Below are positions 12,691 through 26,372 of a stretch of DNA of 64,000 bases, piece after piece. The stretch spans positions 186,248,001 through 186,312,000 of the forward strand of contig OX597815.1 in assembly GCA_951406725.2 (NCBI GenBank), read 5' to 3'. Under the pieces are notes generated by a model. That model saw only the letters and a program-made list of their open reading frames with translations, ran no database searches and was not told where the DNA came from. The translations under genes and the position numbers were made by a program. Every line of letters starts with the position of its first letter. Position 1 is the first letter of the stretch. Origin of the DNA: Octopus vulgaris. Its lineage: Eukaryota.

Positions 12691-12869
12691 AATATATTAT
12701 GCTGTAGTAAATTTTTTGTACAAAAGATTTTTGTTTACTCCTTGCTGAGAAATCGAAACTTTAACCGATGCTTGGTAAACACTGAATATTTCCAAAATTC
12801 TAATATAATTAAACTCAATGGTAATCTGGAGTTATGTTTGTTTCAGCTTATTGTAAAACATCGAGCATA

Positions 12870-13470
12870 GAATATAAGCAGCGATCGCGAGACACACCAC
12901 GAAGAAATGATCAAACTTAATAACAATCTGTTCAGCAACAACTCCCACAAGAGCATACTGTCCACTCCAATTATGAAAAAAAGAGAGGATGAAACCAATA
13001 AAATGTCCACAGTCTGTCTACGCTATGTGAAAGGTCGCTCCAAAAAGATACAAAAGATATGCGGTCCATATGGCATCAGTGCATCAGGACAGTAATACAA
13101 CACTTTGCAAACATCTCCTTCGAGTAAAACCACCAATAGAAGATAATATGACCGAAGACCGCGTATACTCTATCCCATGCAGGTGTGGTAGGTTATATAA
13201 AGGCGAAACATGCCGCTCCCTCAAAATAAAGGTAGACGAACATCGCAAAGCTGTGACACGAGGGTATATTGACAAATCATGTATGGAATGATGGAGACCA
13301 CCTCCCCCTGCGGGATGAAGTTAAAACAAAAGAGAACACCACTGGAAAATACGAAAACTTTAAGAAGCAGCTCATATAGTAGGACGCAACAACCTCCTAT
13401 GCAGGCCGAGTGCAGATATGAGTAGCATATGGGAACAGGTATTAAGGAAGGATAGGAAAATTTTAGATTT
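12870..13470 (+). pseudogene. Penelope-like element, decayed C-terminus with GIY-YIG endonuclease
   Basis: Frameshifted pieces CLRYVKGRSKKIQKIC / NTTLCKHLLRVKPP / VYSIPCRCGRLYKGETCRSLKIKVDEH match the PLE thumb-linker and GIY-YIG motifs. Confidence 0.85.
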
Positions 13471-13503
13471 ATAAGCCCTTAAATTCACTCCATAATTGCC
13501 CAC

Positions 13504-13763
13504 GGGCATATGATATAGTGGTTAAGAAGGTGGGCTAACTAACCCCAAGATTCTGAGTTCGATTTCAGACCGTGACCTGAATAATAATAATAATAACATC
13601 GAAAAATACCTTAGGAATTTCGAGCCCAGTTTCGAAATTTCCCCAAGATGAAGGCTTGAGGGTATATTAGCCGAAACGTTGTGTTAATAACAAACAAGAT
13701 GAGGACAAATATCCGTCAAATGTAAATAATGTACATAATTCCTCATCTCTTAAATATAGAACT
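13504..13763 (+). mobile_element. PLE 3' terminal region with tRNA-like A/B boxes and a partly deleted hammerhead
   Basis: A box tagtggttaag, B box gagttcgatttc; then gatga-a-ggct...agcc-GAAAC-GTT at 13647-13680. Confidence 0.6.
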
Positions 13764-14363
13764 GGATTGTAACTATATCCGGAAATTTCAGGAACAAAAG
13801 AAATCATAAAATTTCAAATGTCACGTTTACCTGTTTTTAGTTTATGAGGCAAAGGAGCTGCCATTGTGATGCAGAACAACTGTCATCTGGCAGAGATACA
13901 TTCATTCTTTTTCGGTCAAATTTCCATCAATATGTGACAAATTTAATGAATTGGAAAGAAATAATTTGACTAAAGAAGGTTATTATTTAACTTCGTACCA
14001 TTTTGCAAGTATTAACAAGCACAAAATGCTTGTAGTTTTAAGATTAGGGCGAAAAATATGTACGCATATGTAACAATGAACGTAAACATATATTTACACA
14101 AAGAGCAGATGAAATTCTGATGTAGTATTAGTTGATTTTCTGACATCTAGTTTATATTGACTTGGTATGTACGTTGAAGTAAGATTACGCAGAAAGAATT
14201 AAATAAATTAATCGAAGTGCTTTCATTTAATCTTAGCAAAATACGAAAAGTAACAAATAAATTACTATAATCTCTTTTCTCGACTCACTAATAAAAAGGA
14301 TAACAGAAGTTCTCAAACATGTTTTGGAGCTGAAGAGAACGATTCACTGAAATTATTACATTA

Positions 14364-14763
14364 CTAGCAGTATAGCCCAGCGTTGCTCGGGCTTGTTTTC
14401 TTTTCGACCCTGTAGAATTGGAATTTTTGAAAAGTAAAAATTTTGCATTATTTAGCTTGTTATTCTCTTTAAGTGAACATTTTCCTGGTTGAAATACACC
14501 GAAAAATGGCGACACAGCAGTCAAAAAATCGTAAAAAATAGGGATTTTCATAGAAAAAAAAAGCACCTTTATGGTGTAAATAATTTTTGGTGTTAACAAG
14601 GTCCGATTTGATTTTTTTCTGCTACGGAAGGAAGAGCAAGCCTTCTTCTATCATACTCTCAATTTTGGTCAACTTACGCCGCAGGGTCTCGGAGGAGATA
14701 GTGTTAGTTGAAGGTTACCAATCCTGCCATACACAGACAACTTCAGCTTTATATATAGAGAGA
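14364..14763 (-). mobile_element. Non-autonomous Helitron
   Basis: On the minus strand A|TC...GC-rich hairpin (cccgagcaacgctggg)...CTAG|T, no TSD; homologous copies at 54207 and 58758. Confidence 0.8.
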
Positions 14764-16380
14764 TTTGCAATACGTAAATAGGAGTTCACACTTTCGCAAA
14801 TAAATCTTGTCAATTCTTTATACCAAGTGTAAAATATTTCTGGATTATATAACATTATATAACATTTCCAAACACCTTTAGGATAGAAAGAATATACCAA
14901 AACATAATTTAAAAGACTGAGTATTCACTTCGATGACAAATCTCAGTGCATTACGTCACTGAATTTTGTTGTTTTTTCATCAGATGAAATTAATATTTCT
15001 TTACAGGTTACTGCAGAATATTTTCGAAGCATGACAAAAATTATCTATCCTTGTTTGACATGATTTTGATCCAATTTATATAATATGATTTTGTATCTCC
15101 CTCATAAAAACTAATTATCAAATCAATCAAACATATTAATTAAAGAAAAATAAATATCTTATTTTAATTAGATAACCACAAAAATCACATTAACTTTGAA
15201 GAACTATGCCTTTGTTATCTGGTTTTCTCTCATCTTTTGTGTATAATACTCTGAAACACAAACTGATTTGAATCATCGCCATCTTATTTGATTGGCGATG
15301 AAAGAAGAAGAAAAGCTGGTATTGGGGAATATGAATAATAAATGCATCTAATTAGAGCTTGAATAATTGATGAAATTAATTACTCTATTCTAATCAAATT
15401 AAATAACGTCCATTCCACTTTGTAGTTTAATAGAAATGCTATGGAACGGATTCACTACAGTGAAGTCTGAAAGGAAATACGAAAAAGTTATTAATTTTAC
15501 AAATTCGAGAATAAAAGTATTATTCTGTTGATTTGTCAAAACATATTAAGCCAGTTGATTCGAAAATAAAAGGAACGTTGAGAATATTTATCAATACATA
15601 ATGTTGAAATCTTTCCCTGGGGAACGTATCAATGTCTTACGTCTAAGTATTTATGTAAAAGAAGTGTAAAGGCACCGACAAGCAAATAGACAAAGTCGGT
15701 AGTATATGATCACTTATGTCTCACAATAATTATACTTGCCAAGCCATTAACTTGTATCGATTCTTCTATGAACATATACTGAGAAAATTGGATCGATATT
15801 TTCAGATTATGGTATTCGACAACATTTACTTGAATAAAGAAACGTGATGGAAAACGACAAAAATCAATAAAGGTTAGTGGAAGCGTCTCTTCGTATCTGC
15901 CAAGTTCAGAGAAAACTTGATAGGATCATGAGTTCTCACATATAAGACATGAAATATAAGAAGCGTATGTGGGTTGCTGCTCCGTTAGAATAATTATATG
16001 GTTCTAGTGGATTTACTAATAAAACTACATCTAATGAATCCGTCATAACCGTCAGAAATGGAAAGTTCGGGATTTGAAGGAAATGGTGGAGTGCTACACT
16101 GTACGTATAACAATAATTCTTTCTGATAATGTTTCTCGTTTTAAATTCCACTGAGATCAATTTTGTCTCTGATACATCGTTGTTGATTCGCTTACGTTAA
16201 AGTAAATCATTCAAACATTGGTCAATGAATATCTTCAGAAATGAAAATACTCATGGAAATTTTGATAAATCTAGAAAGTTTGTTTCTTACTCCGATACAC
16301 ATCTAAGATAAAGTTGGACATTGTTGTACATTACTTAGATAATTTAGAACTAAATATAGAAGAGAATATTTCTCGATTAT

Positions 16381-16427
<47 letters not shown>

Positions 16428-16462
16428 GAAAGAATGGAGTTGAACGACGATTTAACAAAATT

Positions 16463-16559
16463 CCTTTATTCTCGACATATATGTTTCGAAGGCTGCATAT
16501 TTCTAATTTAGAAGGAATAAGGGGTACATTATGTCGCTTTCTCATCAGGAAAAACAAGG
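16463..16559 (-). ncRNA. Type I hammerhead ribozyme
   Basis: Minus strand: ttttc-CTGATGA-gaaagc...gccttc-GAAAC-atatat-GTC-gagaa; complete core, GUC triplet, palindromic stem III. Confidence 0.8.
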
Positions 16560-16680
16560 AACTTACGTCAGCATCAAGATGAACAAAAACTTTAAAGAAA
16601 CACTCATTATCGCTATGGGCTCCGTGTGGGCAGTCATCTAAAGGTTTTTGTTCTTCTTGATGCTGACATAAGTTCCTTGT

Positions 16681-16763
16681 TTTTCCTGATGAGTAGGTGG
16701 CACAATGCACCCCTTATTCCTTCGAAATTAGGAATATGCAGCCTTCGAAATATATGTCGAGAA
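16681..16763 (+). ncRNA. Type I hammerhead ribozyme (second arm, slightly decayed)
   Basis: ttttc-CTGATGA(16686-92)-gtagg...ccttc-GAAA(16747-50)-tatat-GTC-gagaa. Confidence 0.7.
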
Positions 16764-16949
16764 TTTTGTTAAATCGTCGTTCAACTCCATTCTTTCATTT
16801 ATTTGTATTAAAAATACACACAAATTTCCACACGAAAGAACGTGATCTCTGCCCTTGGCATGTAGCTTCAACCGTGTTTTTCTGACGTGAATTTGCTACC
16901 CAGGTATCGGTTAACCGAATTATCCATACTAAGATAATTCATTCAACTA

Positions 16950-17071
<122 letters not shown>

Positions 17072-17077
17072 AGGGTA

Positions 17078-17411
17078 AAGACCCCCTTCGGTCATGAATG
17101 ACCATGGGATTGCACCTAGAAAGTTACCCTCCTAGACACAAGTCCGGGCAAGGTTGTTTATGGAAGGCCAGCAGTCGCCCATGCATACCGGCCTCCCCTC
17201 TCCACGGCACCAGTGTTATCCAAGGGAAAGACAAAGGTCGATACAGCTTGGTACCAGTGACGTCGCAGCTCATTTCTACAGCTGAGTGAACTGGAGCAAC
17301 GTGAAATAAAGTGCCTTGCTCAAGAACACAACACGCAGCCCGGTCCGGGATTCGAGCTCACAACCTCACGATCGTAAGCTCGACGCTCTAACCACTCAGC
17401 CATGCGCCTTC
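17078..17411 (-). mobile_element. tRNA-derived SINE (family C type), full length
   Basis: Minus-strand head gaaggcgcatggctgagtggttagagcg...tcgaatcc, then cttgagcaaggcacttt...ctccagttcactcagctgt (resembles the conserved Meta-type central domain). Confidence 0.85.
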
Positions 17412-17426
17412 ACTCATGTATGTATG

Positions 17427-17492
<66 letters not shown>

Positions 17493-17789
17493 TGATATAC
17501 ATGTGTGTATATATAAATGTACATATGTATATATATATATATGTATGCATATATGTATATATATATATGTATATATATATGTATATATATATATGTGTAT
17601 ATATATATGTGTATATATATACATATGTATATATATGTGTGTATATATATATGTATATATACATATGTATATATATATATGTATATATATATGTATATAT
17701 ATATATGATGATAATAATAATAATAATAATAATAACAGCAATAATAATAATGATAATGATGATGATGATGATGATGATGATTAAAAGCC

Positions 17790-18270
17790 AGAGGGAGTAA
17801 TGGAAAACGAACATTACAAAATACTCTGGGATTTTAACATGCAATGTGACCAAGTCATAGAGGCGAGACGACGAGATATCCTGATCATCCATAAAGATGT
17901 AAAAGAAGTAAAGATAATAGATGCTGCAATACCAGGTGGTTCGAGGGTGAAATGTAAGGAAACAGAAAAGAATGAGAGATACCAGCCACTGCGGGACGAG
18001 ATAGGAAAGTTATGGGGCATGAGGAAAGTAATGGTGATACCAGTGGTAATTGGAGCATTAGGAGCAGTTTCCACGGGATTTGAAAAGCATATTAAGAATA
18101 TTGGATCTGCTGTCAGGCTTGAGGTGATCTGGAAGACAGCATTGTTGGGTACAGCTCGCATTCTAAGAAGACCATTGCCACTTTGAAACCTTTGGTGATT
18201 TGTTATTGGCTGCTTTCAAGTAAAGTATAACCGGTAATTAAGAACTATCCGAGAGTCTTTCAGAATAACA
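17790..18270 (+). mobile_element. R4/Dong-like non-LTR element, restriction-like endonuclease 3' fragment
   Basis: ORF 17800-18186 reads [24 protein letters not shown]...IIDAAIP...VIPVVIGALG; flanked by (TAA)/(TGA)n. Confidence 0.85.
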
Positions 18271-18411
18271 ACAACAATAATAATAACAATGATTTCAAAT
18301 ATTTTATTCCACCTTAAGTTCGATGATTTTAAGTCTAATACTATAACTTCTAATGTGTTAATAACGTTTAAGCCGTTAATGTTATTTAATATGAAATATG
18401 CGCCACGTTCC

Positions 18412-18450
<39 letters not shown>

Positions 18451-18528
18451 CAAAACATTAGGGAATAAATCTAAACTTACAGGGAAAAATCAGATTTAGG
18501 ATTGAATCTAATTTTATAGTAAAATATT

Positions 18529-18705
18529 ATATTATATTAAATTAGAGATAAAACCACTATTAGGCAAATCATACAATGAAAAACTAATTATCTTTTTTTA
18601 ATAATTTTGATATATATTCAAAATAATATAAATTAATTAATCTTATGTATTGGCTTAAGTTTTTCATTGTATGATTTGCCTAATAGTGGTTTTATCTCTA
18701 ATTTA

Positions 18706-18714
<9 letters not shown>
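18529..18714. repeat. Inverted repeat (~57-bp arms) inside an insert between (TA)n tracts
   Basis: tattatattaaattagagataaaaccactattaggcaaatcatacaatgaaaaact and its reverse complement at 18658-18714. Confidence 0.85.
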
Positions 18715-18774
<60 letters not shown>

Positions 18775-19199
18775 GAGCTAAACGCCCCCTGTCCAATGGA
18801 CGATGCTGAGTTGTCAAACATTTAAACCAAATTTTCTCAAAACAACTTGTCCGACCGTCCCATAGGCCACCCCTTTGAGAAACACTGATTTAACCTATAT
18901 TTGAGACACCAGCAAAAGAAGAAATAAAGATAGACTCTTTTCTATTCCAAAGAAAGACGACTTTATTCACGCAAATATGCAACCGAAGAGTTTAAAGTAC
19001 CAGTAATGATAAGGCTGTTGACTGGGAGAACATAAAGATGGTTTAAACAGTAAGCTTGGCTGGAAAGAAACGTGACTTTAAGCAGTACAAAAACAACAAA
19101 AAATGGAAGGTGCAGTTATGTACAGGTTGACGGAAGAAAAGCACGACAAAAACGGCTTTATCGATCGCATTCTCACCTGGAATCGATTCTTGTAATTTT

Positions 19200-19330
19200 T
19201 TCAAGACTTATACACGTCCAGATACCGTCGGTATCTACATATCAAATTTGAGCGCAATCGGATGGAGGATGCCCGAGATTAGAGAAGACTCACAGACAGA
19301 CAGACAGACAGAACGGATTTTATATAAGAT
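19200..19330 (-). mobile_element. Helitron-like (Lep1/DINE-type) terminal fragment
   Basis: caaatttgagcgcaatcgg...(caga)n...ttttatataagat, the same terminal layout as the Helitron at 14364. Confidence 0.5.
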
Positions 19331-19923
19331 ATATATTAGTAATAGTTTGCGTTCGAGCTCAGAACTTCTATTCCTTAACTAGAAACTCAATGATGCTTTA
19401 TCTGATATGTCGAAAGAGACTGTCAGTAATTTATTGTTTTCCACTGCAACCATTCAGTTAAGGTTTAAAAAATACAATATTGAATCCGATGTTCGACACA
19501 AACGTTGTTCTTGGCTGTGAATAGAAGATGATTAAGATAAATGGTGTGAATATTGGCATTTCGGGAATTCTATTGTTTTCGAATCACATTGCAGGATGTA
19601 TTGGTAATGGAAGCTGATAAATGGTTATTATGATTCTAAGGGTTAATAGTGGCGATTTCTTCTCCATGGAGAAGAACTGCATTCTTCGAATATTTTACTA
19701 AAATCACCGTACACACCGTTATTTTCTAAGCTTTTTTATAACATCTATTTTATGTTTTGTTTTCTTTAAGCCGCATTAAAAAAAAATTAGACAGAATTCT
19801 TTTTAAAACTCATTCATATTGCATGTTTTTAGCTTTATATTTCTGCAATAAATTGTTTTCCTAATGATTTCTTTCAAAATCAACGTCCCTTAAATTACCA
19901 GGAAATAAAATTACGTTCTCCGT

Positions 19924-19974
<51 letters not shown>

Positions 19975-19976
<2 letters not shown>

Positions 19977-20175
19977 TGGTTTCACATTTTGGCACAAGGC
20001 CAGCAAATTCGGGGGAGGGGTTAAGTCGAGTATATTGACATCAGTGCTCAAATGGTACTTATTTCATCGATCCAGAAAAGATGAAATGTAAAGCCAACTT
20101 GGATGGAATTTGATCTCAGAACATAAAGACAGGCGAAATGCTGTTAAGCATTTTGTACGGCGTGCTAAGTATTCT
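19975..20175 (-). mobile_element. SINE family A, diverged
   Basis: Reverse-complement match to the family A body. Confidence 0.7.
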
Positions 20176-20187
20176 GTAAGATCAGTC

Positions 20188-20290
<103 letters not shown>

Positions 20291-20662
20291 AAGGGAGAGA
20301 AAACAAATTTCAAATGTCAGTGTTCATATTCAACCAATATATTTCAAAGCGTCAGAATACTCCACAGCATACATAGGTGCATTCATATACACAAGAGATA
20401 ATATACAAATTTATAAATATTTAAATACATAAATGTACTTGCGATGTTGTTTGTCTGTATTAAAATCAATGAGGATATTAAAATATGCGGATGGTGAATG
20501 TATAGTGGTAATCCAAATAGATGAGAAAGATGGTATAAACTGATTTTAAAAGCAATCTTGAGCAGGTGAAAGGTTTGACGGCCGTTTCGAGAAGATATAG
20601 GTTTATATGGGCGAGTTAATTTATATTCTCGAGGCTCTAACTTTTATAAAGAAATAATTATC

Positions 20663-21175
<513 letters not shown>

Positions 21176-22002
21176 TTCAGCAAAACCAATAAAATTTTAT
21201 TCCTTGTGTCGTTTCATACTTGACGGGGTCTTGCTAGAGAAAGACAAAAAGAGTGAAGTCCTTGACTGAGATCGCCTTTCTTTTTGTTATCGTACTTCAT
21301 AGGATGAACGGGAATAGAAAATATATTATTTCCCGTTACTGTACATCAGTAATTTTTTTGTATGCGTGTAGGTTACTAATAATGAAATTAACCAAATGGT
21401 CGGAAAAGTCATGCAGTGCAAATAGTAAGTTATACAATCACGTGTTTATGAATTTACAATAAGCTTTTCAATTTGATCTTTTGCCAGTACATAACTATGT
21501 GTGCATTCCAATTCACTATCATGCAATTTTACGAATGTGTATATATAGGATAAACTAAGGACTTTTACTTGGCTAAATTAAGTCAACATAATACTCAATT
21601 TATTCAAAAAGATTCTAAGAAAATCTTTGAATGCTTGCTATTATTATAAATTTACTGAGGGAGCGATTGAGTGCTAAATAATCCAAAGGGGTTATTACAT
21701 ATAATATAACAGAACATTACACGCATTGGGAATTAAATGTAAATATTTTATTTAGCAACTAATAGAAAACTACGCGTGTAACTAATAAAAATGCTTTTGG
21801 TTATAAAATGTACGTAAGATGGTGTAAATTTATACCTTATAAAGAATCTATCGTGTTTTGTCTTGTTTTCGGGATGTACTCTGCAACATATTCAGAATTC
21901 AAATTCTTTCCAAAAGATTACACGAACGGAAATACACACGGTGTTGTAAATGCTGGTTGTTTGTCGTGCAATTTAAGTTTTAAATTACATTAATCATCTT
22001 TT

Positions 22003-22350
22003 ATCTTCCGCTTGCTTTAGTCATTGGACTGTGGCCAATGTTGGAGCACCTCCTTAAAAGATTCTAGTCGAACAAATTGATCCCAGCGTTAATTTTTAAG
22101 TCTGGCACTTTGTAAGTCTGGCACTTTGTAACTCTGGCATTTATAGGTCTCGTTTGTTGTAATACTAAGTAACGTAGACATACAGAAGCCAACACCTGTT
22201 GCCAAGCGATGGGAGGAAACAAACGAAACAGAACGCAAAGACATCCACATACGAATATATTTAATTTCCGTCTACAAAATTTACTCACGTTGGTTCGGGG
22301 CTGTAAGAGAAGAAACTTGCTCAAGACACGGCACTGCGTAATTGTTCCCC
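22003..22350 (-). mobile_element. SINE family B, heavily diverged
   Basis: ttagtcattggactgtggcc...gttggagcacc...ttccgtctacaaaatttactcac matches the family B reverse complement. Confidence 0.7.
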
Positions 22351-23498
22351 AAAACACCCATTTTGTTTGTTTGCTGATATTTTTTATGACTAAATTACAT
22401 AAGTCACTTATATTGCCACGTACACATCCGGTGGAAGCAAAGCTAGTTTGGTGCTTATTTTCACTTACACTCGTTTAGTTTTATCCGAGATCCATCTGAA
22501 ATTTAATGTATACTTTCAAGATAAAAAGCGAGAAACAGAATTTGCAGAAGCTCTTACTACTTGAGATCTGAATTCAGTGAATAAGAATTTGCTCCATCCC
22601 AATTAAAGAATTGTGTACATATGAAAAGGAGAATAGTTAACAGTTATGTATTAAGAGACTATTTACTTATCAGGAAACAAAAGATAACGATATATATATA
22701 TGACTAAACGTATTAATATACTTCAGAATTATTCATGCTACTTCAGAGTCAATCAACAAACATGAATTTCTTTTGAATCTAAATATCATAATACTTGAGT
22801 TCATGACTCCTTTTAGTACATTTTATAATTCATAATATCTACAAAGTAACGCCTTCAAATACCAGTCGTAAAGTGTATAGTTTTCGTAATAATAGGAAGC
22901 AAAACATAATTATATGTATTTTTAAATATATTGCTTCTATTAGGTTTAAAACATCTAGAAGAAACTACTGTAATTTCTCATTGTTTAAAAGGTGTATTTT
23001 AGAATTCGTCTCTATTGTTGTATAAATATGAACGTAATTTATATTTTCGTCTAAACAGTGATTTTGCCTTCTGGGTTACTAATGTTTCACACTTCACATT
23101 CCTTTCATCTCTAATGAATATTTCCTTGAAGTCAACATATATAATATTCTTCTCTGTTTTAATGGTGACTGTGTTGAATCGATATATCCTAAACAGAATT
23201 TATACTTTCGGTTCATGTAAACATATATATCTTGTCTTAATGTATAATACTCACGTTTGATATACGCCTTTATAATTCGTGCTGTCTTCAAATAGATTTC
23301 AAATATTTTTACGTTTTTAACTCGGAAAAGTATGATTGCAGCGAATTATTATTTCGCTAATAGAAGGATTATATTTCAACAGAAGAATAGATTCCTAATT
23401 ATACTTAGAATAATGTGTATACGCAATTTATTTATTTCAATACACGTATGTTTTATTTATTTCAATACACGTATGTTTAAGTATTAAAGTTAGTTTAA

Positions 23499-23917
23499 GG
23501 ATCTTTTCGGTTTGAATGGCAGTTTTTTCTAGCGGTGTCATATGAAATTGTCACCCATAATTATGATCCTAGTATCGATCTATTGCATTTCAATCTGGTT
23601 TAGGGTTAGGGTTAGGGTTAGGGATGGGGGAAGGGTATCTTTTTCTTCAGAAATGTAAATAAACCCAATCTGTTTCTTAAACGAGGGACATATTCATACG
23701 GCACAGAATGTTTTGCACCTCAATAGACGTCATTGATTGGTTGAAATTGCAGAAATTGAAGAAAAAACAACAAATATCTTACAAACTATAGAATTTTCTC
23801 AATAAGGCCAAGAGAAAAAGATGTTTTATAAACACATTCTACCAGTATACGAAGTTTAAAAGTGTTTAGTTACGTGAAAATTATTTTAAAAAACTGCCGT
23901 TCAAACCGAAAAAATCA
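23499..23917. mobile_element. MITE with ~28-bp TIRs, 8-bp TSD and internal (TTAGGG)4
   Basis: TIR ggatcttttcggtttgaatggcagttttt / aaaaactgccgttcaaaccgaaaaaatca; tagtttaa at 23491-98 and 23918-25; the left end recurs at ~49507-49575. Confidence 0.88.
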
Positions 23918-24328
23918 TAGTTTAATTCTATTGATATGGCAAAGCACAAATATTTCCCGAATGGGTGAAAAAAATCTACTAAATTGCCCCAGGAAAAACT
24001 CTTTCATAGACCAATACCGACATTAGTATTAAAAGGAAATAGCATAACAGGAACTTTTATCATTCCAGTCCCAGCCTACTTCTGAAGTGACGTTCATAGA
24101 CAAAGTTATTGATAGCAGTGCTGAAACCAAAAACAAAATCCTTTTACGGCGATGATTCTTCAAACAATGTTTTCCCATTTCAACAACACGCTTAAAATAG
24201 ATTGAAAATAATAGCCACTCTTCGTTTATAATTGTCTAATTAGACATATAATCAATTTTATATACACACAAAAAAAAATATATGCGTGTGTGTGTGTTTA
24301 TACATATATATAAGTTGGAGTATATATA

Positions 24329-24394
<66 letters not shown>

Positions 24395-24432
24395 TATATA
24401 TATATACACACATATACATATATATACATATG

Positions 24433-24463
<31 letters not shown>

Positions 24464-24531
24464 GTATGTATACGTGTATGCATATATATATGCATATATG
24501 TATATATCAATACATGTATACATACGTGCCA

Positions 24532-24596
<65 letters not shown>

Positions 24597-25257
24597 AAGA
24601 AAGGAAGGAGAGAGGGCGATATTGTTTGAATATCCTCCAGGGAGGAAACGTAAGTCATAGTAAAACCCTTGTATAATAAATTGAGTCTATTCCCAGTATC
24701 GAGTGCTCTCATGAGTAAATGGTTCCAATAATTTATCGCTTAACGAATCTAACATATATATGTACGTATGTTTATCTATGTGCATATATGTGTATTTGTA
24801 TGAGAGTGTGCATATATCTGTATGTGTGTATGCGCTGTGTGTTTATAAAGAGCGGTGAGTCATTGTGTTGCTACTCAAGTTTTTCGCGATATATACTATC
24901 TTTCTGGTGCCAATGGATATAAATGTCTGCTGGGCTAGACAGGAAATCACTATACCATGGACAACACATTATTTTCAGTTGTTTTTACAAATCAAATGTT
25001 TTGATGTTCTGACCTACTGTGTGTTTAGGTAGCCGCAAGAAGGTAAACAAACATCAATTACCATATCTGTAATAAAGAGTGAAAAGAAGTAATCTCGACC
25101 TGTAGGCATAGTAAGGGATTTTTTTTTCTATCTCCTTTTCAGAAGTAATATACGGAGCATGGTATATATCGTAGAATATGTGATATGTTGTTTTGCCTTC
25201 TGTTTTGTCCCTGCAGTTACCAAAAATGCCCCTTGAAGGGCGGTAGTTTCAATCACG

Positions 25258-25585
25258 ATATCGTCGTCGTGACACTCCGTCGGTTACGACGAGGGTTCCA
25301 GTTGATCCGATCAACGGAATGGCCTACTCGTGAAATTAACGTGCAAGTGGCCCAGCACTCCACAAACACATTTACCCTTAACATTGTTTTCGAGGAGATT
25401 CAGCGTGACACAGTGTGACAAGGCTGGCCCTTTGGAATACAGGTAGAGCAGAAACAGTGAGAGAAAGTTATGATGAAAGAGTACAGAAGGATTCGCTCAA
25501 TAATCACTGACAACGCCTGGTCTGGCAATCGAAACCGCGATAGTGCGACCGCGAGTCCGCTGCCTTAACCACTGGGCCATTGCCC

Positions 25586-25586
<1 letters not shown>
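25258..25586 (-). mobile_element. tRNA(Arg)-like SINE (family C type)
   Basis: Minus-strand head ggggcaatggcccagtggttaaggcagcggactcgcggtcgc...ggtttcgattgcc. Confidence 0.8.
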
Positions 25587-25659
<73 letters not shown>

Positions 25660-25690
25660 ACATATATATATGTACATATATGTACATATA

Positions 25691-25722
<32 letters not shown>

Positions 25723-25779
25723 CATATACATATATATACATATATATATGTACATATATGTGTGTGTATATATACATAC

Positions 25780-25832
<53 letters not shown>

Positions 25833-26097
25833 TAGATAGATAGATAGATATGTGTGTGTTTGTGTGTGTGTGTGTATGTGTATAGTGAGAATTTGCAAAC
25901 AAAACAAAAGACAAAGACGTGTGTGCAAACAACAAACAGATGTATTAGTATAATGCTCGGGAAGTGAGAAAGTATTTTATGTTTCGAGTCTACGCTCTTC
26001 GATAGAAAGGAACACAGAAATGAACAGGGAGAGAAAATAAAAAAAAAGGTTTAGTGGCTAGCGGTCTTTTTATTTATTATTTATTTTTTTGGTTTTA

Positions 26098-26372
<275 letters not shown>

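Larger units (their letters stand above)
16422..16802. repeat. Inverted repeat (~170-bp arms, ~40-bp spacer) carrying two hammerhead motifs
   Basis: 16422-16596 is the reverse complement of 16638-16802 with scattered mismatches; abuts (TA)n on the left. Confidence 0.9.

Noticed and set aside
17388-17892. ORFs rich in YI/IY, LSIY, RE, MV, VGWL or poly-L/S throughout the track
   Set aside because: They are translations of (TA)n, (GATA)n, (GA)n, (GAT)n, (TTGG)n and (TAG)n microsatellites, not genes.
25972-26010. Minus-strand cgaagagcgtagactcgaaacata hammerhead-like string
   Set aside because: The 5' core is non-canonical and stem III is absent; it may be a PLE relic but cannot be supported here.
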